DNA of 64,000 nucleotides from Candidatus Amunia macphersoniae (GCA_016464795.1 JAEKNN010000025.1:13548-77547), one strand, 5' to 3'; shown: positions 1 through 8,380, counted from the stretch's first letter. The notes: generated from the sequence alone by a model not told the origin. Numbers and translations are program-made.

Positions 1-45
1 CCCGGTGTCCTCTCAACCCTCCTGCCGCGGCTGGCCCACGGACGT

Positions 46-930
46 GTGCACCTCTTCCGGTGGGCTTTGATCGCGGGCGTGGCCGCGGTGGCGATCCTCG
101 CGGCCACGGGGCTGGTGGTACCGGCCATCTGGGTGGCGGCTCTGGTGGTTCCCGCGCTGTACCTCACCTACCTGCGCGAGGCCGAGGTGTTCGGTCGTGA
201 GCCCCTGCTGGTGCTTCTCGCCACAGTCGTGGCCGGGGGGCTGCTGGGGCTGGCCCTGACCGCGGCCGCCAATCAGCTGGGCGACAACCTGGGCGGGGGA
301 GGGGTGATCGCCCTCACAGTCGGCGTCGCCGTGCTGGCCGAGCTGCTCAAACCCGTCGTCCCATTGCTGGCGCTGCGCCGCCGCTTTCCGCACACACTCG
401 AGGGACTCGTGCTCGGCGTCGCCGCTGGGACCGGTTATGCGCTCGCCCAGACCCTGCTCAACCTGCTCGGGACGAGCGGCGGGGCTCCGCTCCGGGTCGA
501 CCCCTCGAGCTGGGTGTTCACGTTGTTCAGCGCAGCGCTGCTGATCCCATTGCTGCACGGCTCGTGCACGGGCCTCGTCACCGCCTCCCTGTGGCGGCCG
601 CGCGGAGGCCGTGAGGCGGGGCTGCGGGCCGCCGGACTGCCTCTGGCCCTCGTCGCCGACATCGGCTTCACGGTGGGCAGCGAGCTGCTCGACGACGCCG
701 GCCTCAGCCCGCTCTTCGTGCTGCTGTGGCAGGCAGTCGTGGTCAGCGCGGTGCTGATCGCCATCCGCCTGGTGGTCCATGCCGCCACCCTCGACGAGGC
801 CGCTGAGCTCGGGGTGCGTGAGGTGGTGTGCCCGCATTGCGGACGTCGTGTCGAGGCCGCGGGGTTCTGCCCCCACTGCGGCGTCTCGATCGCGGCCTCG
901 GTCGCCAAGGAGCCTGCGCTCAGCCGCTGA
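46..930 (+). CDS. Polytopic membrane protein, PrsW-protease-like, with C-terminal double CxxC zinc ribbon (5' end may lie outside the window)
   Basis: 294-aa ORF with multiple hydrophobic helices. Blocks AELLK, GTGYALAQ and LLHGSCTG resemble PrsW motifs, but catalytic residues are partly substituted. C-terminus is CPHCGRRVEAAGFCPHCG. The frame has no stop back to nt 1. Confidence 0.5.
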   Translation: MHLFRWALIAGVAAVAILAATGLVVPAIWVAALVVPALYLTYLREAEVFGREPLLVLLATVVAGGLLGLALTAAANQLGDNLGGGGVIALTVGVAVLAELLKPVVPLLALRRRFPHTLEGLVLGVAAGTGYALAQTLLNLLGTSGGAPLRVDPSSWVFTLFSAALLIPLLHGSCTGLVTASLWRPRGGREAGLRAAGLPLALVADIGFTVGSELLDDAGLSPLFVLLWQAVVVSAVLIAIRLVVHAATLDEAAELGVREVVCPHCGRRVEAAGFCPHCGVSIAASVAKEPALSR

Positions 931-1329
931 GGGGGTTCGAGGACGCGGCTCCAGCTGCGCAACCGGGACCAGGCAGGGCATCGCGAATGCGCTCCAGCGC
1001 GACCTGCAGAGAGGCCGCTTCCCGGTCATCCAGATGCCGGCCGAAATGATCCTGGACACCCTGCACGTGAAGCGCCGCCGCACATCGGCGCCACCGGGGG
1101 CCGAGGTCGAGGTGGAATTCGTGCTCCGCACCGACGCCCAGTAGCGCCAAACACCGAGCCGATGCCGCCGCCGGCGCGCTCACACGCATCCGCGGCGGGC
1201 GCGCCCGGCACTGTCCAGACCAGTCCCCGCGCGGCACAATCACGTCGATGACCCGCGCGATCGACCACTGCGTACCATCACCCGGTCGCGGCTGGGACCA
1301 TCATCTGACCGCCGACCACCCCCTGGGAG

Positions 1330-2190
1330 ATGAGCATGGCCTTGCGTGACCTGGTGCGACCTCTGGAGGGCATCGAGCTCTTCGATCCCGTGGGCGACTG
1401 GTTGGGTGACACCGTCCACAGGCTGGTCGGCAACGGTGCCGTCAAGAGCGCGCTCAGCGGCACCTGGCTCGGGCACTCACTCCACCCAGTGCTCACCGAC
1501 CTTCCGATCGGCTTCCTGAGCTCGGCGACGGTGCTCGACCTGTTCGGTGGCGAGGACGCGGCCGGGGCCGCGGACGCCCTGACAGTGCTTGGCCTGGTCT
1601 CGGTGGCGCCCACCGCGGCGGCAGGCGCGTCGGACTGGGCCGACACCTCCGGCGCTGATCGCCGGCTGGGGCTGATCCATGCACTTGCCAATGCCGGCAG
1701 CTCGGTGCTGTTCGCCGCGGCGCTGGTCAGCCGGCGCGGGCGCTACCGGCGCACCGCCCATCTGTTCAGCATCGCCGGGATCGGCGTGCTCAGCGCCAGC
1801 GGTTACATCGGTGGCCACCTGGTGTATGGCCGGGGGATGGGTGTCGACCACACAGTCTTTGACGACCCGCCCACGGAGTGGACGCGGGTCGCCCGTGACG
1901 ATGACGTCGCCGCCGACACGCCGCTGCTGGTCAGCGCCAGTGGCTACGGCGTCCTCCTCTATAGGCACGCAGGAGTGGTGCATGCCATCGCCAACCGCTG
2001 CACTCACGCCGGCGGCCCCTTGAACGAGGGACAGGTTGACGACGAGCTCTGCGTCACCTGCCCCTGGCACGGCAGCCAATTCCGTCTGGCCGATGGCGCG
2101 GTGACCAGGGGCCCCGCCACGGCGCCCCAGCCGGCGTTCACTGTGCGGATCCGCGACGCCAATGTCGAGGTGCGCCGTCGGGAGGCCTGA
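1330..2190 (+). CDS. Membrane-anchored Rieske [2Fe-2S] domain protein (DUF2231-like N-terminal domain)
   Basis: Rieske motifs CTHAGGPL and CPWHGSQF in the C-terminal half. The N-terminal half is hydrophobic (WLGHSLHPVLTDLPIGF). Confidence 0.8.
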   Translation: MSMALRDLVRPLEGIELFDPVGDWLGDTVHRLVGNGAVKSALSGTWLGHSLHPVLTDLPIGFLSSATVLDLFGGEDAAGAADALTVLGLVSVAPTAAAGASDWADTSGADRRLGLIHALANAGSSVLFAAALVSRRGRYRRTAHLFSIAGIGVLSASGYIGGHLVYGRGMGVDHTVFDDPPTEWTRVARDDDVAADTPLLVSASGYGVLLYRHAGVVHAIANRCTHAGGPLNEGQVDDELCVTCPWHGSQFRLADGAVTRGPATAPQPAFTVRIRDANVEVRRREA

Positions 2191-2251
2191 CCAGACGGTC
2201 GGCTGATACCATCGCTATCAGATCAAGCATCAGCCCTCACGGAGTCTTGCC

Positions 2252-2782
2252 ATGCGTATCGCCTGCGCCCTTGACAGCGGATTCGAAGATTCGGAGTTCC
2301 AGGTTCCGTACGACGGATTCCGCCAGGCGGGCCACGAGGTGGTCGTCGTCGGGCTCGAGGCCGGCCAGGCGTTGACCGGCAAGGCGGGCAAGGTCACCAC
2401 CACGAGCCAGTCGTCATTCGACGACGTGGCCGCCGGTGAGTTCGATGCCCTGCTCCTCCCCGGAGGCTACTCGCCGGACCACCTGCGTGCGGATCCGCGT
2501 GCTGTCGACTTCACCCGGGCGTTCGCGGAGGCTGACAAGCCGATCTTCGCCGTCTGCCACGGTCCCCAGCTTCTGACCGCGGCCGACGCCATCCGGGGCC
2601 GCCGGCTCACCGCTTGGACGACCGTCCAGGACGACCTTCGGCGCATGGGCGAGGATGTGGTCGACGAGGAGGTGGTGGTCACGGGCAACCTGGTCACCTC
2701 GCGGAAGCCCGACGACCTCGAGGCGTTCACTCGCGAGTCGCTGCGGGTGCTGGCGCGGGTTCCCGCCACCACGACGGGGTAG
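2252..2782 (+). CDS. DJ-1/PfpI family protein (type 1 glutamine amidotransferase-like)
   Basis: 176 aa with the nucleophile-elbow motif IFAVCHGPQLL and LLLPGG, typical of PfpI/DJ-1. Confidence 0.85.
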   Translation: MRIACALDSGFEDSEFQVPYDGFRQAGHEVVVVGLEAGQALTGKAGKVTTTSQSSFDDVAAGEFDALLLPGGYSPDHLRADPRAVDFTRAFAEADKPIFAVCHGPQLLTAADAIRGRRLTAWTTVQDDLRRMGEDVVDEEVVVTGNLVTSRKPDDLEAFTRESLRVLARVPATTTG

Positions 2783-2952
2783 GCGTTCGCCCGCGATCGG
2801 CCACGACCCCACCCGGCCGGGCGGGTGATCTCTCCGGTCCTGAGCACAGCGGGTTCGCCGTACACTCGGCGCATCCCCTGCTGCTGCGTCGCTGCGGCCT
2901 CGCGGGGGCAGCGATCATGTTGCGGTGCCGCGCGGGCCCCGGGAGGCGGACC

Positions 2953-3264
2953 ATGGCAGAATCCGCTCGAGAGGCTGCGGGCAAATCGGTTGACGAGGAC
3001 CGCCTGCTCGAGGGTGAGGATCCCAAGAGCAGGTACCTCGACGACGCTGCGCACTGGGTGACGGTGTACAGCCAGCTGCTCGCCGTCAAGAGCGAACTGC
3101 TGACAGCGTCCGAGGTGAGGCTGCCCGCGCTGCAGCCCGAAGCCCGCCACGAGATCGCCTCGACGGACCTGGTGGTGCTCGACGCTGAGATGAAGCGGTT
3201 CTCACGGCGGCTCGGGTACTGGCGCCAACGATGTCTTGAGCTGGGCGCGCCGGCGCGCCCCTGA
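2953..3264 (+). CDS. Hypothetical small protein
   Basis: ATG at 2953 is preceded by GGGAGG 6 nt upstream. The 103-aa helical-looking product (MAESAREAAGKSV...) has high GC3. The part of ORF 2614-3264 upstream of it looks non-coding. Confidence 0.5.
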   Translation: MAESAREAAGKSVDEDRLLEGEDPKSRYLDDAAHWVTVYSQLLAVKSELLTASEVRLPALQPEARHEIASTDLVVLDAEMKRFSRRLGYWRQRCLELGAPARP

Positions 3265-3268
3265 GGGG

Positions 3269-4054
3269 TCAGCCGGGGGCGAAGATCGTCCCGATCACGC
3301 GCCGGAGAGCGCTGCGCGGAACCAGGCGTGGACCCTGGGCGAGGAGCAGGTTGTGCGCGCCGGGCACGCAGATGGCATGGCCGCGGTCGAGGGTGCGCAG
3401 CGCGCTGCGCACCACCGCCGCGGAGGTCATCGGCATCGACTTGTCGAAGAGGGACTCGACACCCGCCACGCTGACGAACTCGGTCCGGGTCGGCCCCGGA
3501 CACAATGCCATGGCGCGGACGCCGCTGCCGTGCAGCTCGTGGGCGATGGCCTCGGTGAAAGTGAGGACGAATGCCTTGGTCGCGGCATACGTGGCCATGT
3601 AGGGGATCGCCTGGTACGCCGCGGTGCTGGCCACATTGACCACGCCGCCCTGACCCAGGGCGACGTTGGCCGCGAGCACGGCGGTGGTCAACTCGTGCAG
3701 CGCCACCACGTTCAACTCCACCTCCGCGACCTCGCGGTCGGGATCGAGGTCCACGAAGCGTCCGCGACTGCCAAAGCCGGCGTTGTTGATCAGCAACCAG
3801 GGTCCCGCAGTGCGCAGCAGCGCCACCACCGGAGCGCGGCCCTCCGCGGTCTCGAGGTCGGCGGGGTGCACCGACACCGTGATCGCATGATCGCGACGCA
3901 GTGTCTTGGCGAGTGTCTGCAGCCGGTCTACGCGGCGCGCCACCAGCGTCAGGTCGTGACCCCGTGCCGCAAGTTGACGAGCGAACTCCGCGCCGATACC
4001 ACTCGACGCACCCGTGACCAGCGCGGCAACCGACGGCGGAATCGGCCGGCTCAT
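3269..4054 (-). CDS. Short-chain dehydrogenase/reductase (SDR) family oxidoreductase
   Basis: TGASSGIG cofactor motif at the N-terminus, NNAG, and catalytic YAATKA. Confidence 0.9.
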   Translation of the reverse strand: MSRPIPPSVAALVTGASSGIGAEFARQLAARGHDLTLVARRVDRLQTLAKTLRRDHAITVSVHPADLETAEGRAPVVALLRTAGPWLLINNAGFGSRGRFVDLDPDREVAEVELNVVALHELTTAVLAANVALGQGGVVNVASTAAYQAIPYMATYAATKAFVLTFTEAIAHELHGSGVRAMALCPGPTRTEFVSVAGVESLFDKSMPMTSAAVVRSALRTLDRGHAICVPGAHNLLLAQGPRLVPRSALRRVIGTIFAPG

Positions 4055-4146
4055 CAGATCTCCTTCCTGTCCCCAGCAAGAGCACGCCGTAGCCTAGTGC
4101 AGCCCCGGGGGGCGTCGCCGGGTCGCTTTGTTAGGATCAGGACACG

Positions 4147-4503
4147 ATGCTCTCGGACTTCGCGCCGATCCTCGTCTTCCTTGCCGTCTGCGTCGCATTT
4201 GGGGCCGGAGTGCAGGCACTGGCCTCGTGGTTCGGCCCCCGCCGGCCCAGCGCGGCAAAGGATCTTCCCTACGAGTGCGGCATCGTTCCGGTCGAGAGCG
4301 CGCGCCGCCGTTTCTCGGTCAGCTTCTACGTCACCGCGATGCTCTTCATCATCTTCGATGTCGAGTCGATCTTTCTGCTGCCGTGGGCGACGATTGTGCG
4401 TCAGCTCAAGGTGTTCGGCGTGGTCGAGATGGGAGTCTTCATAGCCGCGCTCTTGATCGGGCTCATCTATGTGTGGGCCAAGGGAGCCCTGCGATGGGAC
4501 TGA
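4147..4503 (+). CDS. nuoA: NADH-quinone oxidoreductase subunit A
   Basis: 118-aa three-helix membrane protein with PYECG, first gene of the nuo cluster. AGGA lies 5 nt upstream of the ATG. Confidence 0.9.
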   Translation: MLSDFAPILVFLAVCVAFGAGVQALASWFGPRRPSAAKDLPYECGIVPVESARRRFSVSFYVTAMLFIIFDVESIFLLPWATIVRQLKVFGVVEMGVFIAALLIGLIYVWAKGALRWD

Positions 4504-5063
4504 CCGTCGACGCTGCCACCGGTCTGCCGATCCTCAACGCGCAGGGCGATGCAGGAGCCATCCCGCTCCCTCGCGTGGGTGACCTGGAGCGGACGGCAGC
4601 CAAGGCGGGGGCGATCACAACCACCATCGAGAAGGTCATCCAGTGGGGGAGGTACAGCTCGCTGTGGCCCGCGCTGTTCGGGCTGGCGTGCTGCGCCATC
4701 GAGATGATGGCGGCGGGGGCCGCCCGGTACGACATGTCTCGTTTCGGGTGTGAGGTCTTCCGTGCGTCGCCCCGGCAGGCCGACCTGATGATCGTGGCCG
4801 GCCGCGTGTCGCAGAAGATGGGACCAGTCCTGCGCCAGATCTACGACCAGATGCCGGAGCCGAAGTGGGTGATCAGCATGGGTGCCTGCGCCTCCACCGG
4901 CGGAATGTTCAACAACTACGCGATCATCAACGGCGTCGACAAGCTGGTTCCGGTCGATGTCTATATCCCAGGATGCCCGCCCCGTCCCGAGGGACTTCTC
5001 GACGCTGTCGTGAAGCTCCAGGCGAAGATCGCCGCCGAGCGGCCCAACTCCCTGCGAGGGTAG
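4494..5063 (+). CDS. nuoB: NADH-quinone oxidoreductase subunit B
   Basis: [17 protein letters not shown] and [12 protein letters not shown] motifs. I chose the ATG at 4494, which overlaps the nuoA end; the ORF-track start at 4128 is an upstream in-frame artefact. Confidence 0.9.
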   Translation: MGLTVDAATGLPILNAQGDAGAIPLPRVGDLERTAAKAGAITTTIEKVIQWGRYSSLWPALFGLACCAIEMMAAGAARYDMSRFGCEVFRASPRQADLMIVAGRVSQKMGPVLRQIYDQMPEPKWVISMGACASTGGMFNNYAIINGVDKLVPVDVYIPGCPPRPEGLLDAVVKLQAKIAAERPNSLRG

Positions 5064-5068
5064 GTCCC

Positions 5069-5653
5069 GTGACCACCAGCATCGCGTCCACGGCTTCCGC
5101 ACGTCCATCTCGCGGGCGTCGGGCTGCAGACCTCCTGGCTCGCGACCTCCCCGACGCGATCCTGATGGTGCTGGATGGGGTCGGTGAGGTGGCTGTGGTG
5201 ATTGCTCGGGAGTACCTGGTTCGCACCATGGTGCTGCTGCGCGATCATCCCGACACGCTCTACAAGGTGCCGCTTCTGGTGACCGCGGTGGACTGGCCCG
5301 ACCGCGAGCCCGAGGCGCCGCGCTTCGATGTGGTGTATCAGCTGCGCTCCCTGCACCACAACGACGACTGCCGCCTCATCGTTCAGGTCACCGAGGCAGC
5401 CCCCGAGCTGCCCAGCATCGAGCGCGTCTTCGCCGGGATGGACTGGCACGAGCGCGAGACGTTCGACCTCTTCGGCATCGAGTTCGTCGACCATCACGAT
5501 CTCCAGCGCATCCTCCTTCCCGACGATTGGGACGGCCACCCGCTGCGCAAGGACTATGCGAGCTTTGGCGAGCCGGTTGCCTTCACCCACAACCTGGAGT
5601 GGGCGCTGCCGGCCGCGGAGCGCCCGCGCGACATGCCGGGGAGCACGCGCTGA
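5069..5653 (+). CDS. nuoC: NADH-quinone oxidoreductase subunit C
   Basis: Contains [15 protein letters not shown]...[15 protein letters not shown]. The GTG at 5069 is 5 nt after the nuoB stop. Confidence 0.85.
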   Translation: MTTSIASTASARPSRGRRAADLLARDLPDAILMVLDGVGEVAVVIAREYLVRTMVLLRDHPDTLYKVPLLVTAVDWPDREPEAPRFDVVYQLRSLHHNDDCRLIVQVTEAAPELPSIERVFAGMDWHERETFDLFGIEFVDHHDLQRILLPDDWDGHPLRKDYASFGEPVAFTHNLEWALPAAERPRDMPGSTR

Positions 5654-6948
5654 TGGCGGTCCTGCCGCCCCCGGGCGGCCCCAGCCTGCCGACGCGCGAT
5701 CCGGTGTCCGACGCCTTCGACCGCGGCCGCACCATGCTCGGCGTCGACAGCGCCAACGACGCCATCGACATCGTCCAGCTGGACGACGAGACCATGGAGC
5801 TGAACATGGGGCCGCAGCACCCCAGCACACACGGCGTGCTGCGCCTGGTGCTCGAGCTCGACGGTGAGGTGGTCCGCGCGTGCCGGCCCGACATCGGCTA
5901 CCTTCACACCGGCTTCGAGAAATCCTTCGAGGGGCACACCTGGCAGCAGTGCATCCCGTTCACCGACCGGATGGACTATCTCGCCCCGCTCTTCAACAAT
6001 CTGGGATTCTCGCTCGCAGCCGAGCGGCTGCTGGCGATCGAGGTTCCCGCGCGCGCCCAGTACCTGCGCGTGATCATGTGCGAGCTGACGCGAATCGCCA
6101 GCCATTTTCTGTGGTTCGGCACAAGTGCGCTCGACATGGGCGCCACCACGCCCTTCATCTACGCGTGGCGTGAGCGTGAGAAGCTGCTGGACATCAACGA
6201 GCTGGTGAGCGGGGTGCGCATGCACACCTCGTTCATCCGCGTCGGCGGCCTCCTGGCCGACGTGCCCGACGAGTTCTACGCGCTTGTCAACGAGGTGGTT
6301 CGCACCTTCCCGCGGTTCATCGACGAGTACGAGCTGCTGATCACCAAGAATCCCATTTGGGTGCAGCGCACTCGAGGGCTGGGAGTGATCACGCCCGACG
6401 ACGCCATGGCCTACGGCGTCACGGGACCGACGTTGCGCGGCAGCGGGGTCCCCTACGACCTGCGCAAGGCATGCCCGTACAGCTCGTACGACCACTTCGA
6501 GTTCGACGTGCCCATCGGCAGCCACGGCGACGCGTACGACCGCTACCTGGTGCGCATGCACGAGACGCGCGAGTCGCTGCGCATCATCGAGCAGGCGATG
6601 GCCAACCTGCCGGGCGGCCCCGTCAACACCAGCGACCGCAAGGTCGCGCTGCCGCCGCGCAACGAGATCAACACCTCGATGGAGTCGCTCATCCGCCACT
6701 TCAAGCTGGTCACCGAAGGCTTCCACGTCCCCCGCGGCCAGGTCTACCAGGCCATCGAGTCACCTCGGGGCGAGCTCGGCTTCTATGTGGTCAGTGACGG
6801 AGGCAACCGTCCGTATCGCTGCAAGGTGCGTGCCCCCTCGTTCAGCAACCTGAGCGCACTGCCCCACATGGTCCACGACGAGATGATCTCGGACGTGGTG
6901 GCGGTGATCGGGTCGATCGACCTCGTGCTGGGGGACGTGGATCGATGA
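5653..6948 (+). CDS. nuoD: NADH-quinone oxidoreductase subunit D
   Basis: Contains NMGPQHPSTHGVLRLVLELDGE. The ATG at 5653 overlaps the nuoC stop (ATGA). Confidence 0.92.
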   Translation: MAVLPPPGGPSLPTRDPVSDAFDRGRTMLGVDSANDAIDIVQLDDETMELNMGPQHPSTHGVLRLVLELDGEVVRACRPDIGYLHTGFEKSFEGHTWQQCIPFTDRMDYLAPLFNNLGFSLAAERLLAIEVPARAQYLRVIMCELTRIASHFLWFGTSALDMGATTPFIYAWREREKLLDINELVSGVRMHTSFIRVGGLLADVPDEFYALVNEVVRTFPRFIDEYELLITKNPIWVQRTRGLGVITPDDAMAYGVTGPTLRGSGVPYDLRKACPYSSYDHFEFDVPIGSHGDAYDRYLVRMHETRESLRIIEQAMANLPGGPVNTSDRKVALPPRNEINTSMESLIRHFKLVTEGFHVPRGQVYQAIESPRGELGFYVVSDGGNRPYRCKVRAPSFSNLSALPHMVHDEMISDVVAVIGSIDLVLGDVDR

Positions 6949-6981
6949 GCGTCCCGTACGTGAGCCTGCGGCCTTGGGGCG

Positions 6982-7126
6982 GGAGGGCGGTGAAGGGGCC
7001 CCTCCTTGCGCTTCGGACAGGCTTCGACGTCACTGGCGGTCGCGATGAACGCGCCACCGGCGCGTCCCTCGCAACCTCGGGCGTCTGCAGAACTTGCGCT
7101 GCTGAGGGGCCCCTTCACCGCCCTCC
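6982..7126 (+). repeat. Nested-palindrome element, copy A (23-bp perfect inverted arms plus ~99-nt core)
   Basis: The left arm ggagggcggtgaaggggcccctc (6982-7004) is the exact reverse complement of 7104-7126. The core has the hairpin cgcgcc-acc-ggcgcg (7050-7064) and the block ctgcagaacttgcgc. Confidence 0.85.
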
Positions 7127-7360
7127 TTCCCATGGCACCGGCGCGGAGACGGGCGGCTCATGGCGACCTTCGGGGATGGCTGAAGCCTCGTCTCGCTACG
7201 GAGTCCCTTCTGTGCGCGGGCGGCGTCGTCTCGCCTGCGGAGAGACGGCTGCGACAGGGGTTGCCAGCGATTGGGACAGTGCGTCGACGAGAGCGGATCT
7301 GCGGAGCGCCCCGGTCGCTCCGCCGTTTCTTAAGGTGCCGCTGAGCGACAGCGAGAGGGC

Positions 7361-7497
7361 GTGGGGGCGGGGACGTGTCCGTGGCGCAAGTTCTGCAGAC
7401 GCCCGAGGTCGCGAGGGACGCGCCGGTGGCGCGTTCATCGCGACCGCCAACGGCGTCGAAGCCTGTCCGAAGCGCAAGGACACGTCCCCGCCCCCAC
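7361..7497 (-). repeat. Nested-palindrome element, copy B (20-bp perfect arms; core inverted relative to copy A)
   Basis: Arms are gtgggggcggggacgtgtcc and ggacacgtccccgcccccac. The core is the reverse complement of the copy A core with about 5 mismatches in ~95 nt. Coordinates are +/-1. Confidence 0.85.
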
Positions 7498-7596
7498 GCC
7501 CGTCTTCGGCGGGAGCACGGACGTCCCCGCCCCCACGCCCGGCTTCGGCGGGAGCACGGACGTCCCCGCCCCCACGACCGGCTTCCGCGGGAGCAC
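7478..7596. repeat. Tandem repeat, 3 units of 39-41 bp, abutting the nuoE start
   Basis: The unit ggac(ac)gtccccgcccccacgcccggcttcggcgggagcac occurs three times. The first unit is the right arm of copy B. Confidence 0.85.
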
Positions 7597-7603
7597 TGAC
7601 CCC

Positions 7604-8368
7604 GTGCCTCTAGCCTCCGACACCGTCCGCGAGATCACCGCGCTCAGGGTCCGCTACCCGCAGCCTCGGAGCGCCATCCTGCCCTGCCTGTGGGCGGTGC
7701 AGAACGAGCTCGGCTACCTCTCTGCCGAGGGCATGGAGGAGGTGGCTGCGATCCTCGATCTGGCGCCCAGCGAGGTGCAGGCGGTGAGCACCTTCTACTC
7801 GATGTACTTCGCCCAGCCCGCAGGCGATCACCAGCTGCTCATCTGTGTCAACGTGAGTTGTGCGTTGCGTGGCGCTGACGCCATCGTCGATCACGTGCAA
7901 AGCCGCCTTGGCTGTCCCTCCGGAGGGACCACAGGCGATGGAAAGTTCACCTGGGAGAGCACCATCGAGTGCCTGGGAGCCTGCGGTGGTGCACCGGCCA
8001 TGCAGGTGAACCATCACTTCCACGAGAACCTCACACCTGACCGAGTCGATGGGCTCCTCGAGCGCCTGCGCGCTGAGCCGCGGCCAAGCCATGCCAACGG
8101 GCAGAGCGTGGGGCATGTCGCTGAGGCGCTGACCGTGAAGGCTCCGTCCAGCGGACCGCACCCGCCGTCGGCCGAGACACCTCCTGCGCCGAATGCCGAG
8201 GGCCCGCCAGCGGACACGGGCGTGAGCGACCCCGCCTTCCCGGCGCCCGAGCTCCCGCTCGGCGAGCACACCGAGATGCCCGGCTCACGCAGCAAGCGCA
8301 GCTACACCAAGCGGGGCAGTCGGAGCGCGCCCCGCAAGCGACCGCGTCCCAACGCGGGCGATCTGTAG
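7604..8368 (+). CDS. nuoE: NADH-quinone oxidoreductase subunit E with ~100-aa Pro/Ala-rich, basic C-terminal tail
   Basis: Contains RSAILPCLWAVQNELGYL, CVNVSCALRGAD and ECLGACGGAPAMQVN. I chose the GTG at 7604. The ORF-track start at 7361 would translate repeat DNA. Confidence 0.85.
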   Translation: MPLASDTVREITALRVRYPQPRSAILPCLWAVQNELGYLSAEGMEEVAAILDLAPSEVQAVSTFYSMYFAQPAGDHQLLICVNVSCALRGADAIVDHVQSRLGCPSGGTTGDGKFTWESTIECLGACGGAPAMQVNHHFHENLTPDRVDGLLERLRAEPRPSHANGQSVGHVAEALTVKAPSSGPHPPSAETPPAPNAEGPPADTGVSDPAFPAPELPLGEHTEMPGSRSKRSYTKRGSRSAPRKRPRPNAGDL

Positions 8369-8380
8369 GATCGCGCGGTC

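Noticed and set aside
13-1131. Long ORFs on the strand opposite to, or out of frame with, clear genes. Examples: 13-1131, 2727-4085, 4961-5830, 5554-6726, 8285-10288, 10616-11506, 16492-17754, 17409-18539, 28419-29957, 31170-32612, 32702-34519, 34775-36304, 37906-39885, 56133-58178, 58516-60018 and 60064-31131-type shadows.
   Set aside because: They are Arg/Gly/Pro/His-rich with no motifs, and they overlap genes with strong family signatures and high GC3. They are typical shadow ORFs of ~70% GC DNA.
779-1144. A small plus-strand ORF after the first gene (...MPAEMILDTLHVKRRRTSAPPGAEVEVEFVLRTDAQ*), together with the antisense ORF 920-1243.
   Set aside because: The plus frame has high GC3 between 930 and 1144, but it has no start codon after the upstream stop except the ATG at 1036 (36 aa), and no recognisable motif. 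It may be a gene remnant. Evidence is insufficient to call it.
2783-2952. A small GC-rich hairpin (cacccg-gccggg-cgggtg) after the DJ-1 gene as an intrinsic terminator, and the atcag-repeat hairpins at 2191-2251.
   Set aside because: The stems are short with no U-tract. Similar hairpins are expected by chance at this GC content.
7361-7603. An N-terminal extension of NuoE from the GTG at 7361 (the ORF-track start).
   Set aside because: The extension would be translated repeat DNA (RKFCRRPRSRGTRRWRVHRDRQRRR...). The conserved NuoE sequence begins right after the GTG at 7604.
6945-7613. The spacer ORF as a genuine extra Nuo subunit or protein-coding gene.
   Set aside because: It translates both strands of the same repeat core plus a tandem array. 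GC3 is ~70%, near non-coding background, and the composition is not protein-like. The open frame itself is kept as a finding.
7321-7680. An apparent 1-nt register disagreement between my reading of the printed sequence lines 7321-7680 and the ORF-track coordinates. I see an extra c at the 7320/7321 line break and a missing t at 7680/7681.
   Set aside because: This is most likely a reading or formatting issue, not biology. The ORF translations are internally consistent. I followed the ORF-track register, so repeat coordinates here are +/-1.
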